Positions 40,804-52,328 of a DNA stretch of 64,000 nucleotides are shown here, one piece after another. The DNA is from Balanoglossus misakiensis. Its lineage: Eukaryota; Animalia; Hemichordata. The notes beneath the pieces are model-generated. The model ran no database searches. It was not told where the DNA came from and was given only the letters and a program-made list of their open reading frames with translations. The stretch covers positions 10,671,166-10,735,165 of the forward strand of contig CM082578.2 of NCBI GenBank assembly GCA_040954595.2, in the 5' to 3' direction. Made by a program: the position numbers and the translations under genes. Within the stretch, counting starts at the first letter, position 1, and each line of letters starts with the position of its first letter.

Positions 40804-43800
40804 ATGATAGCGTTTTTCAGTCGAATACTGGACTGGCTCAAGAGCCTATTTTGGAAAGAAGAAATGGAATTGACGCTGGTGGGCTTACAATACTCGGGCA
40901 AGACTACATTTGTGAACGTAATAGCTGTAAGTGAACGGTTTCGACTCGTCTAGTATTTTATTCTTGTGAAATTGATGACAAATATTCATGTCGATATTTT
41001 AGATGAATAAATGCCATGCTGAGACATATATTGAAAATGATAACAGCCACCACTGATTTATGATGGGCCGCTCCCACAGATTCGTTTTCCCCTTTCGAGA
41101 CACAAAAAAAAATCGTGTGACCCTAAGCTCGGCCGAGGCTGCATATATTCTGAAGGGGCAGTTCCAAGGGGGTGTTGACTGTAATGTGCACACGACGGTG
41201 TTGTGTGTTGTGTTGTTTTGTACACTAGGCATATACTGTGTGATAACTTTGTGCTGAAGGATGTTTTAATGTGCCTTCTCCCGTAATAGCATAAAATAAA
41301 AGTAAAATATTCTGGATTTATTTCCTGAATGGAGTCAATGATAAATCAGACCTCAACCAGCCATTACATTCTGCACCCGCTGTGTGTAACTACATTGATT
41401 TAGTTTTTCTCGATGTAGTGTTAGTGGCTCCATTGTTTTTGATGTCAGTAAATAGAAAGTGAACAATTATGATTGCAGTATAAGCAATGCTAATATATAT
41501 TTTTTTTATACAAATTTTCTATTGCAGTCTGGTCAATTTAGTGAAGATATGATACCAACAGTAGGATTTAATATGAGGAAGGTCACAAAGGGCAATGTCA
41601 CAATCAAGGTAATGTTCTGCTCGTACTCCATTTGAGTTGTGTTTTTTTCAAGGCTAATCGGAAGGTTGAATGTTTGTTTTCAGGAGAAAGTAAAGCTGTG
41701 TTCATCAGTTGCCTTTGTGATTTGCACAAGATAGCAACAGTTCTTACAGTAAGATTAGAACAACATGGCAGTTGTAGGATGATCCTAGGAGGAGCATCTG
41801 GGACTGTCAACCACTATAAACAACCTTGTTTACATGTACATTGAATATGATCTTGCAGTCTCAATACATAGACATACAAATGAAGGATATTTCATCCAGT
41901 GTCGACTGAACACATTCAGAGATTCTGACAATCTACTTCTTATATAATTGATGGGTCAATAGGATAACAGGCTTTACATAACCATAATTTTTAGGTAAAC
42001 ATTGAGGGTTATTAAAAAAATTTATGGCTCAAACAGTATGGATTTTAAGTCATACTCATATATGCCTTGTGTGGACGTAGAGAGAATGCGTAGGCATACA
42101 TGCGTGTGTGAGTCACTCGCAGTAAACAGCAAATCTCTGTCAGGATAAGCCATAGGTCTCTTGTTTGAAGGAAATTTAAATATAATAGCATGGAATTATT
42201 CTGTATGGAAAGGAAGTGAGTTGTTTGTGTACTTGTCGGTTGGCTTGAGAGGTCAGATGAGGTTATCTATTTATAAGGAAATGGAAATGCTGTCAGACAG
42301 TGTCTTTGCATGTCAGCTCTGCTGATTTTGTTAACCCTTCACATAACCAACAGGACAGGAAAAATACTGGCGCGTGTATCTAGATAGCACTGGTGGCTTC
42401 AGTTTAGTTCACTTATACTAGCTTCATAAAATTAAATAAATTCCCTTTTTTTTCCCGTGGAAAGAAAATATATTTGAATGGAGACAGTGTGGTGTCTAGC
42501 TGAGTGAACTGTTTGACAGCATTGACCCCTGGGTCACAGATTCTGGTAATGAAATGTGCAGTGGCAAAGATAGTGTGGTATTATGCTGGTTTAACCCTGT
42601 TAGTGGCCTAGCCAACCCCGTCATTTGACAGCCAATTTTGTCAATAAAGTGAAGCAATGATGGATATTTTACTGTTGAGTCACAGTGCTGTAATGTTATG
42701 CATTTTATGCCCGAAAGAGTGTAATTGTCTTTTTATATAGCTTGCTTCTGGAAATGGAAGTCTTTCCATGGTCTTGCTTGTGTTCATAAATATTCATTAA
42801 AACAGTTCAAGGTCAAGAACTTGGTGGAGAGAGAAATCAGTGCTCGACAATTTTTAAAATGTCATACAACAGATTTTATGACACAAATTTTATGCTCTAC
42901 TTGATAATGTAGTCTAATACATGTAGTAATATCCTGATTCTTGTTTGAAGTAAAACATGTACCAGGAAGACCTTTTGACAAGACTTCATTTGGTATTCCT
43001 CTCACACCCCAGATGCTGCTGTCCCCCTAATTACATATATTCCAATTTTACAATATTAATACAGTGGTGCAATTACAGAGCTTTTGTCAAAAGGAAGGAA
43101 CCCCTCCTGCTTCCCCAAAAATTAGCATGGTGACCATTCTCTGTTTTGAGAGATCTTTCTCTGTCATTTTAGCAAATCATGTATGTGATGGAAGATCTTC
43201 GTCTTTCTTTTTTGGTTGCAGGTTTGGGATATTGGTGGCCAGCCGAGGTTCAGGAGCATGTGGGAAAGATATTGTAGGGGTGTAAATTGTATAGTGTAAG
43301 TATATGTTTGTGAAATAATTGTTATTTTAGTTTCTTGTATTATTTTATTTTAGTTAAAAATGACATGGTTCTGGCGTTTTGATCTATTAGCCCACCAGGC
43401 AAAATTTGTGATTTATACATAATATTATGCAGATCATTAAACATGTGGCACATACAATACACACATAGACACATTAAAACATGAATTATTTCCAGCCATG
43501 ACGTTAAGCCACAATTATGCACACTGCCCTTGGCAGATATTATGTAACCTGTATCACAAACAGAATTCTGCCTCAAACCGTGAATAAGACTGTTTAATCG
43601 CATGATGATTAATCAGCCAACGGATTTCATATAAACTGTGCATTGAACAATCTCATATTGCGAGTGGTGACATAAACAGCATGCTTTATGGTCAATTACA
43701 GTCCCAGGTAATTCCACCTCTACACTGCTTCCCTTTTCTTGACAATCCAATATAATATGAGTGTCTGTTTTTGTGAGGTGAAATGTACCCCAGGTGTTTG

Positions 43801-46800
43801 AAGACGTTGACAGATATTACTAACAAATATGCAAATAGTGAGGAATATTTATAGTTCTTTAGCCCTGTGGATGATGGATAAAATAGAAAAATTCATTTCC
43901 AATGCATGATCCCATGATTTGTAAAAATTAAACTATTTTATCAGAAATTGTGTGACATTGTCAGCTATTATTGATATCGAATAGAAGAACACCAGAATAT
44001 GTAGCTTAAATTTTGTAGTTTCCATATGCAGAAGAACAGATATTGACATTTCAAGGTCGGATCATATAATCAGAAATGTTTCCCTGGCAATAATGTTCCA
44101 CTTAAGAATGTAATATTGCAAAGATTGGAATGAAAATGCACACTTTCTGTCGAGTCTAAAACCCAGGGATGTGCTTATGCTGTTCCTTAGCAACTCATGA
44201 CCTTTACAGCCATAGAACAATTTGCATGCAAGCGTGTTCAAAATACTACGTCTCACACCTCTAAACTTAGCAATTTGACTGTTGCTAGGGAATGGCCTAT
44301 CCTTGTCTCCCATCTTAATAGTCTGTCGCCATTGCAGTAAGGTGTTAGTGATTCTTCTGCCGCCATTGTCAAATCTTGTCAGCATCATTTTCTGCCAAAA
44401 TGCTAGGTGTTTGTTTCCTGTTCAATTTTTAGCTACAGTCGTGTGACAAATTTTAGCACATTCAATTTTGTACGAGATAATACTTAAAAGTCAGATCGAA
44501 GCTTCAGATCATTTAGAATTCTAATGTAGCTTCTTGAGGTTTGCTTTGAATGAAGATTTAATGATCGTAAATTTGCTGGAATGGACTTCATGCAGGTTTT
44601 CCTGGCAATTTTGTAGTATTTTGTGTGAACATCATAAACAGGTGCCTTGAGATCTACTGTATCACCAAGTTTTCTATAAACATCAGCAAGGGTGGGAGGA
44701 AAATGACAGCAATTGACTATAGTGACAAATTGATTTTGCCATGGCTACAGTATGGTAGACGTTATCGCTCAGGGAATTAGAAGCTGTGATTTTACATTAA
44801 CAGCTTCTTGCATTGGAGAACTTCTCCAGAAATAGATTATTCCCAGGGTTTGGAGAAGAGATAGGTTATATTATGCTGGTGATTTCATCTGAGCCATCTG
44901 TACCTATATGAACATGGGTCCTCTGTACAGTATGCTTCCACACCCATCCAAAAGTTCATGATGAGAAATATTTTATTAATATTTTAATGTTGCCTCTTTT
45001 CTTACTTAAGCATCAATATTAACGAATGTTATTCAAAATATCCTTGAACCTTTGCCAATATGCCAATAAATTGTATATTGAAAGCCATAATAAAATATTC
45101 TATTCAGTAATGGCAGCAGTTTTGTTTCCATGGCAGTGACCTAAAGCAAGTGTCTTATACTGATTTGTCTCCTTTTCTGACTGGCATAATAAATAGGTTA
45201 AAAGGAAACACGGTCATCGTAGCCATTTATTTTCGGGGCCCATTATATTTCCTCTTAACCTTGAATGTTACTTGTAATTGAAACAAACCATTGCACCTGA
45301 ACATGTAATTTGTAAACTGACATTTGTAGACGGTGACCTTTAGGTATGATTCTATGAAGAGACTTTCCACCAAAAAGGTCACCGTTCAAGGTTGTCTCAC
45401 AGTGTGCGTTTGACAACATTTATATCTCTACCAAAGTAGGTTTCATATGCTCCTAAAAGTCACGGGGAAAAAGTTACATGTAGTTCAGTTTACGCTGTGT
45501 CAAGGAAGCAAATAAATTCTACCCAGGTGATAATTATAATAAATACATTAGCACTGATGATTACGTTCTTTAAAATATCTAAATCTGTACAAGAATTTGA
45601 AGAAATCAATGTTTTAATGTATTTCACCATGTTTGTTCATGTGAAGAATGTTTACATGCATTTCAGACTGATAAACTTATTTTGTGCTGTGTGATCTGCA
45701 CATTATTAAAGTCAAATGACAATCATATGAAAGTAGATTGCACACATTACACTTTACAGGAATTAAATACTTTGATCGTTGTTAATTATTAGCCTGTATC
45801 ACTGCATTCAACCATTGCTGCACTTCCTCTCTTGACAGTTATATGGTAGATGCAGCAGATCATGAAAAACTTGAAGCATCACGAAATGAACTTCACAACT
45901 TACTTGACAAACCACAGCTTGCAGGTATTCCGGTGAGTATGCCAATTTTTCTGTGAGAAGTGTCAAGTCAAAGGCAGTCTTGCCAGAAAGGGAATGGTAC
46001 TTGGATTACTGGTTTGAAAGAATATTGGTTTGATTCTCAACTCTGACATATATAAAATTTGCCAAATGACACCGTTGTAATGTCTAGGGGGTAACTGCCC
46101 CAGATCCCACACAACTGCAATTTGAAAGAATGTAGTTTGTCGAGGATAATATTCATGAAGGTTGATTTCTTGACATGTTGTAGACAAGAAGATGAAAGGG
46201 GAATACTTATCTGCCTTGAGTTATGCACCCTCACAGGTCCTATGAATTCTTAATTCAGAGCCTGTTCTTTGAGAGACTGTGTTTGGTGCCATGTGGAGTT
46301 GATAGCATCTTTTTGTGTCTTGGCTGTCACTTCAGGTACTTGTACTAGGTAACAAGAAAGATCTGCCCAACTCCCTGGACGAGAAAGAGCTGATTGAAAG
46401 AATGAATTTGGCAGCCATTCAAGATAGAGAAATATGTTGTTATTCCATCTCCTGCAAAGAGAAAGACAATATTGGTGAGTATGTGGGCATGCATGCATGC
46501 ATGCATGTGTCGTTTTGTCATAGTCTATACAATTGCAATGTTGACGAAGATTTGCCAAGATTTGAGTGAAAAATCTAAAAAAGTAAAAAACATACTTCAG
46601 CTATTGGAGCAGCGCGCACATGAAGATTAGAGACAGAAGGAAATCCTTGTATGGAAACTTAATGAAAATAAATCGGAGAATTATTAATTAATAATCAGTT
46701 GCAAATCAAATAATGTGAATTATAGAGCGGGCATGGAAATGTAAAGCTCCCAGAAAGTGTGTCATGGCACCATGTGCTAATGTGATATTGCCAGACTTGG

Positions 46801-47145
46801 AGGTCAGAGGTCACGTCATTTCATTTCAAGCCTGCATAATTCACTCCTTTCAATTGAATATACAGTATTGCTACTGACATTTAGAAATTCCAAATAAATT
46901 CAGATATACTATATGAAAGAAATGTAAATTTTACCAATGTAAGCTTGCTCTTGAATAATAACTGTCTAGTATGTGAAAGGAAAACTTTCCCATTCTGTCC
47001 CTTAATATTTTATTGAGTATGTTTGTCTTGTGTCACAAAAGAAGTTGCACTAGGTTGTTTGATCCTCTTACTGATGGTCCACACCTTTTCTCTTTCAGAT
47101 ATCACACTACAATGGTTAATCCAGCATTCCAAAGCAAGTCACTGA
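40804..47145 (+). CDS. ARL8: ADP-ribosylation factor-like GTPase 8 (ARL8A/B ortholog), 185 aa
   Basis: Exons: 40804-40926, 41528-41608, 43222-43295, 45839-45932, 46336-46474, 47099-47145 (558 nt). Translation: [35 protein letters not shown]...[12 protein letters not shown]...[20 protein letters not shown]...GNKKDL...[24 protein letters not shown]. Confidence 0.98.
45330..45385. repeat. Short inverted repeat (MITE-like hairpin) in ARL8 intron 3
   Basis: Perfect 12-bp arms ACGGTGACCTTT / AAAGGTCACCGT around a 32-nt spacer. Confidence 0.55.
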
Positions 47146-50100
47146 ACACCCTGTCATCTCATCATCATCTCGTAGAAACCTTACTCGTTCCATTAAAAAG
47201 AAATAGCCTTCCAGTATTCAGTTCGTACAATTTGCTAGGGGACCAATCAGAATCTAGAGAAGCCTTTTCTCATTAGTTATGCATGCATACGTTTTGATTC
47301 GGAGGGGTTGGGCGGGATTGGAGTGGCGGGGTTGTTGTTTAAATTGCAAGCTCCAGTAGCCCCAGCTCACAAATGGCCATTTTGTGAATGTTAATTTTTT
47401 ATGACACATTTTATATAAAAGAAATAATGCTACAGACCAGCAGTGCTGTTCACTAAACAGAATAAGTCTCTACAGTTATTGTAGAGAGAAAGAATTGTAG
47501 CAACATTTGCTCAGAGATTTAAGATTTCTTTTCTCTCAGGGTAATTTTTATGGTTAGGTCAGTTTTGCTTGGAGTGCTACTGAGAAGAAAATCTGCCATT
47601 CTGTACAGCATTGGTAGTATCCCATAGTAGTTTATGGGAGAATCTTGGGTGCGTTGCCCTGCTCCAAATCTAACGTTCTAAGTTCACTTGCTTGTTGGTG
47701 ACAACACTGCACATTTTCAAAAAAAACATGTTTTGGGAAAAATGAAATACAGATGAAATAAGTGTAATTGTTTTCTTTTTATATTTTCATTGAATATAGG
47801 TAATTTTTGAGAAAGGCTTGGTAAAGTTTAACTTGTGGTTTGTTGTGAGCATGTTTTTTGCTAATTTGAAATTCTGCTACCCTGGTAAAAAGAAAAAAGG
47901 TGGAACATACTTGGTTTTGTGTTTGGTTTTGAAAATCTCCCCTGAAAGTTGCACAAGAAGAACAGGAACAGGGGATTAATGGCACAAAGCCAGTCATATC
48001 ACCTTGTACTCCATAATAACAGTTCGGGTTTGTCCTTCAGATGTACCCAGTGAAGGCAAAGTATATGTAAAATCAAATCAGTTTTTCAAGTGCGGTATGT
48101 TTGTGGGTCTTGTCAATTCGTACATTCGAAATTCTGAGGGGGATTCAACCACAGGCTGTTGATTACCAACTTGTACTTTGCAAAACAGTGAACACACACA
48201 GCGTCAAATACAGAATGTCACCATTTCTGGGAACCTCTTCTCTAGATTCAGTTGGCAGGTACATTGCGTACTTGGCGAGTTTCTTTCACAGTCTGCATGG
48301 TTCTGAACAATTTTACCCTCACTACATGTAGAGTATCTTAGCGTACATCATGGAATATTTTGTATTTATGAAAATTTGTATATCTTTTCTGTTTGCTTCC
48401 TTGGGAGAGAAGTTTCGTATTATTGAAGTGTATAGAAAATAATGAAATTAAAAAAAAAAACATTCTAAATGGACAAAAATAATAATTATGCATGGTAATT
48501 TAGACAATTTAAAAACAGGAAGCATTTTAGGAATTTATCCAGCCGATTATAGCAGTTAGCAATATTGACTTGTCGTTCTGGATGAAATTAATCGGCAGAA
48601 AAAAAGGATTTTCAAATTAAAATAAATGTGACATGTAGAAATGAGACGTAGCATTCAGTACATTTTCTATTCATGCTTTGTTAGTCGTTACGAGAACATC
48701 TGTAAGTTTTGAATGCATATCAGTAAGTTGAAGATGTAAAATGTTCTGTATAAAGATAATGTTTGTACCATGTTAATAATTTGTATGCTTTCCCATCCCT
48801 CCCCCTCCCCACAGTGGATGTCACTGTTATTGCGTAATTGAGCTTTGTGAACTTGCCTCAAACATTGCAGGGGGTCCCTGCAGCCGGTTTCAGGACAACC
48901 ACCTCGCGTCACAGACATTTACCCACCAGACACTTCTAGTATCTTAACCCCATGCGTTTGGAATGTCTGTATGCTGATGAACAGAAATTGACATACGGAA
49001 TAGTTCCGAGGGCAGCCACAGTTTGAAGCGCTCTTCAGTAAACACCACTCTGGCCCATATGCATCCCCAGGTGGAAACACTAAGCTGTCGTACTCTATGC
49101 AGTTAATTTTGTGAATATACTACCATTTCATACACTTCTTGTGGTACAGTACCCCAATTGCACAGTATAATCCGACATGTACATGAAGTGTTTTACTTCC
49201 TATAACGAGAACAAGTATTTTCCTTGGCAGATTTGTTTACTTGCTGTTGTAAGATTGTAAATGTGTTCAGATAATATTGGTAGCTGCGGTATTTGCAGTT
49301 TTTGTCATTCAAGTCAATAAAATTATGATTTTATAAAATGTGGTCGCACACCTGAAATGGAGCTGAACGTTATTATTTTACATACCTTTGTGCTGTTTGT
49401 AAAACTCACAGGGAAAAGAAAAGGGTAAGTGAAATTTCACATTACATACACAAAAAATTCATTGCTGAAGTACTGAAATAAACTGGAAAGAAACAACAAA
49501 ATAGACAGTGAGGGCGCACTTGACATTAGAATAGCACATACCAAGTACTAGTGTATCCAAATTCTATTGTAATTTTAATCTTTATAAATAGTCTGATTCC
49601 ATTTCAATGTACCCTTTTCAACACATTCAAATAATAAGCTGTATACAAATACAATTACAATAAAATTTGTGGTAGCAAAAGAAACTTGATTCCATATAAA
49701 GTTACATTTCTCCCTTATAAAATACAATGATGTGATAATTAGAACAAACTGCAGTGGAAATGTGCATACTGCTTCTAAGATCATCTGGAAATGTCTTTCA
49801 AGCCAAAGACAGTATGACCGGAGCATCGCATGATTATTGCGATGTTAACAAAAGTTCATGCACTGAACATGAAATTTGTGTCATCATATGACTGCTTAAA
49901 AATATATATTACTGGGGTATTTATATTGGTTAGCTTGGTGCATGTATCTCTACGTCTATTTACATGGCTACTTTGTGGCATTAACCAAGGCGCTTGGTGC
50001 ATAGTTTCATCTCACGGCAGGCAGGAAACCAACGTGATGCTTGCACACCATACTTGTGCTGACCTGTTAACAGAGCACAAATGACATAAGAATACCATCA

Positions 50101-50306
50101 GAAAAGATCCAGACACTCACACACATTATATCCCCTGCCTTCCCACCCACCCTCCCTCCCTTCCCGGATCACCCTCTCGCTCTGCACAACAAAACTCTCC
50201 TGTCCTATCTCCATCTGACATCCAACTGTTTCATCATTATCTGACTGCATCCTTCAGTCACAAAGACGCTTAGCACGACGCATTTCATTTTCAAACTTAC
50301 TGAAGC

Positions 50307-50903
50307 TCATCTCCTTTTCTTGGATTCTTTCTTTGACTTCTTACTTGGACTTGACCCTTCTGGGCGTTTTGTTTCTGGAGATTTGTTGGGAGCATCCTCT
50401 TCCACCTGGTAATATTGGTAAAATATTGGTAAAAAAATATTTAAAAAATCATACAGACATTTCTTGTTTCGCAAATTGTATGCTTGTTGTTCTCCAGTAA
50501 AAACAACCCATCCAACATACTATAAGCCCGATGACCATGTACATGGTGTACTGCTACATGCATGCCGTTCCCCAGGGGCGATACTTCTAACCCAAAACTA
50601 GTTAGTAGATGAAAAATACTTCTAAAACGGGCTGGACCAATAACACTCGATGAGATTGGTAATCAATCCTGTCACTGCACTTGTTTGGCTGTAGTTGTGG
50701 CCAGGGTCACTTGATAGTGATACATATCATGGAGCTTCAAAGTAAAGGGGGTTCGATGACAAAACGACGTTACGTCTTACCCTTTCGTCGTCTTTTGATG
50801 GCAATACAACGATAGCAAAAATAGCAATAAGTTGGAAGACAGCTCCTAAAAGGAGACCATAATGAAGAACTTCGTCTACCACGTCAACTTCAATTTCCAC
50901 CAT
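50307..50903 (-). CDS. MANBAL: MANBAL (UPF0239) small single-pass membrane protein, 73 aa
   Basis: Exons: 50903-50781 and 50405-50307. VLHYGLLLGAVFQLIAIFAIVV resembles [21 protein letters not shown], and the C-terminus is basic (KKSKKESKKRR). An alternative in-frame ATG lies at 50957. Confidence 0.92.
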
Positions 50904-51367
50904 GTTGGCATTTGTTTGCCTGTTTTTGGACAGCCCCAGATTGGGATTCAAAACCATTGTGATCCTCTAAAATTACTCTCATTCTGAGAAAAAAATTAAA
51001 AGTTATTGTGAATAGCACCGTCATTTTTACTGGAGTAAACATTATGTGATATTTTTATTACAGTTTTACAAATTAATATAATTTCATTTTCTAGATATGC
51101 TTTCTGGTTAGCATTGTGTCCCTTCGAATCCGTAAATGCATGAATCTGAATACGAGCATAAGGCTGTCATGGTGACTTTTAGCTAAAACAAGAAGAAATA
51201 AACTGCATTATGCTTTATGAAGGCAAGGATTTGTAGCATTACTCTTGTATTTCAGATTATCGCATATTAACGACGGGGCATATTCGCCACTTTCTGTGGC
51301 TTTATGCACACACGATCATTATTGCAATTTGCGACGACTCTCGTCCTCTTTAACGATTTCCTGTTAT

Positions 51368-51564
51368 CCAATGAAAAGTTTTGATTCATACCACGTGACT
51401 TTTAAATCCCAAGCGCCATCTTTGAAATCATACAACTGCAGAAACAAGTTTTAAAACAGTGTTCGTTCAAATTATCTTCAAATTGCCTACTTCACTTTTG
51501 CAAGAGTCGTTGCAATAAGCCAGAAACGAGCATTAATACGAACACTATTCTCTGCGTTAAAAAG
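51368..51564 (+). promoter_or_regulatory. GTSE1-like promoter / first non-coding exon with clustered CHR elements
   Basis: CCAAT 51368-51372; CACGTGAC 51392-51399; TTTGAA 51421-51426 preceded by a GCGCC CDE-like element; TTCAAA at 51466 and 51477; TTTAAA at 51401 and 51450; strong donor AAG|GTAAGT at 51564/51565. Confidence 0.55.
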
Positions 51565-52328
51565 GTAAGTACAAGCCACACGCTTCAGTTTGTTGTCATT
51601 CAAAGCCGTTTCTGTGACCTTTGCATATATGCATGTGGACTGCACTGGAGGATTGAAATTGAATGGCTTTTTTTCTGTTTGGGACAGATTTAAAGGTGCA
51701 CCCTCGATTTTATCATCTGCTCATATGCTGGTAGTAAAGACTTGTGTTAATACCATGTTCGGGTGTCTTTATTTAGTGTATATGAAAAGGTTTCGAAAAT
51801 GTAATGCGTGACCAGCAGTTTGTTCGAAGTGGACGTTTATTTGTTGAAGGTATCTTGTGTTGTATTTGTAGAGTGAGTCAGTCAGTGTTCTAATCTAGTT
51901 TAGTGATTTTGTTTGAAAAGTCATCAAGTTTTGCAATTATTCTCCAATGTCCAGTGCCTGGCTGGCTGGGGTGACGTTTAGTCCAAGTATTAGTGCCCTC
52001 TGCCTGATTCACTCCAATGTACACACAAAAGATTGGTGGCATATTTTGTCAAGTGAGGGTACTCAATCATAAATGTGCAAATTGCACTATTTCAGTGAAA
52101 ACCAAGGATCCTTTCAGTATGTTCTCACCTTATTATCACAGTCAACTTAGGCTTTCATAACCAAATTACAACAAAGGTCGACAACTGTTCATTACATAAT
52201 AAATAGAAGGATATTTTTGTCAGTCTATCATGCTCAAACTAGTGTATATTAGTCGCTTCCTTAATTAATATTTTCTTGTATTTTCAGATAAAACCATTAC
52301 CTGTTGAAGACAAACAAAAGAGCAAACT

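Noticed and set aside
49508-49520. Recurring GAGGGCGC motif (also near 38300 and 60570), CTCF-like
   Set aside because: Only a partial match and too short to separate from background or repeat fragments.
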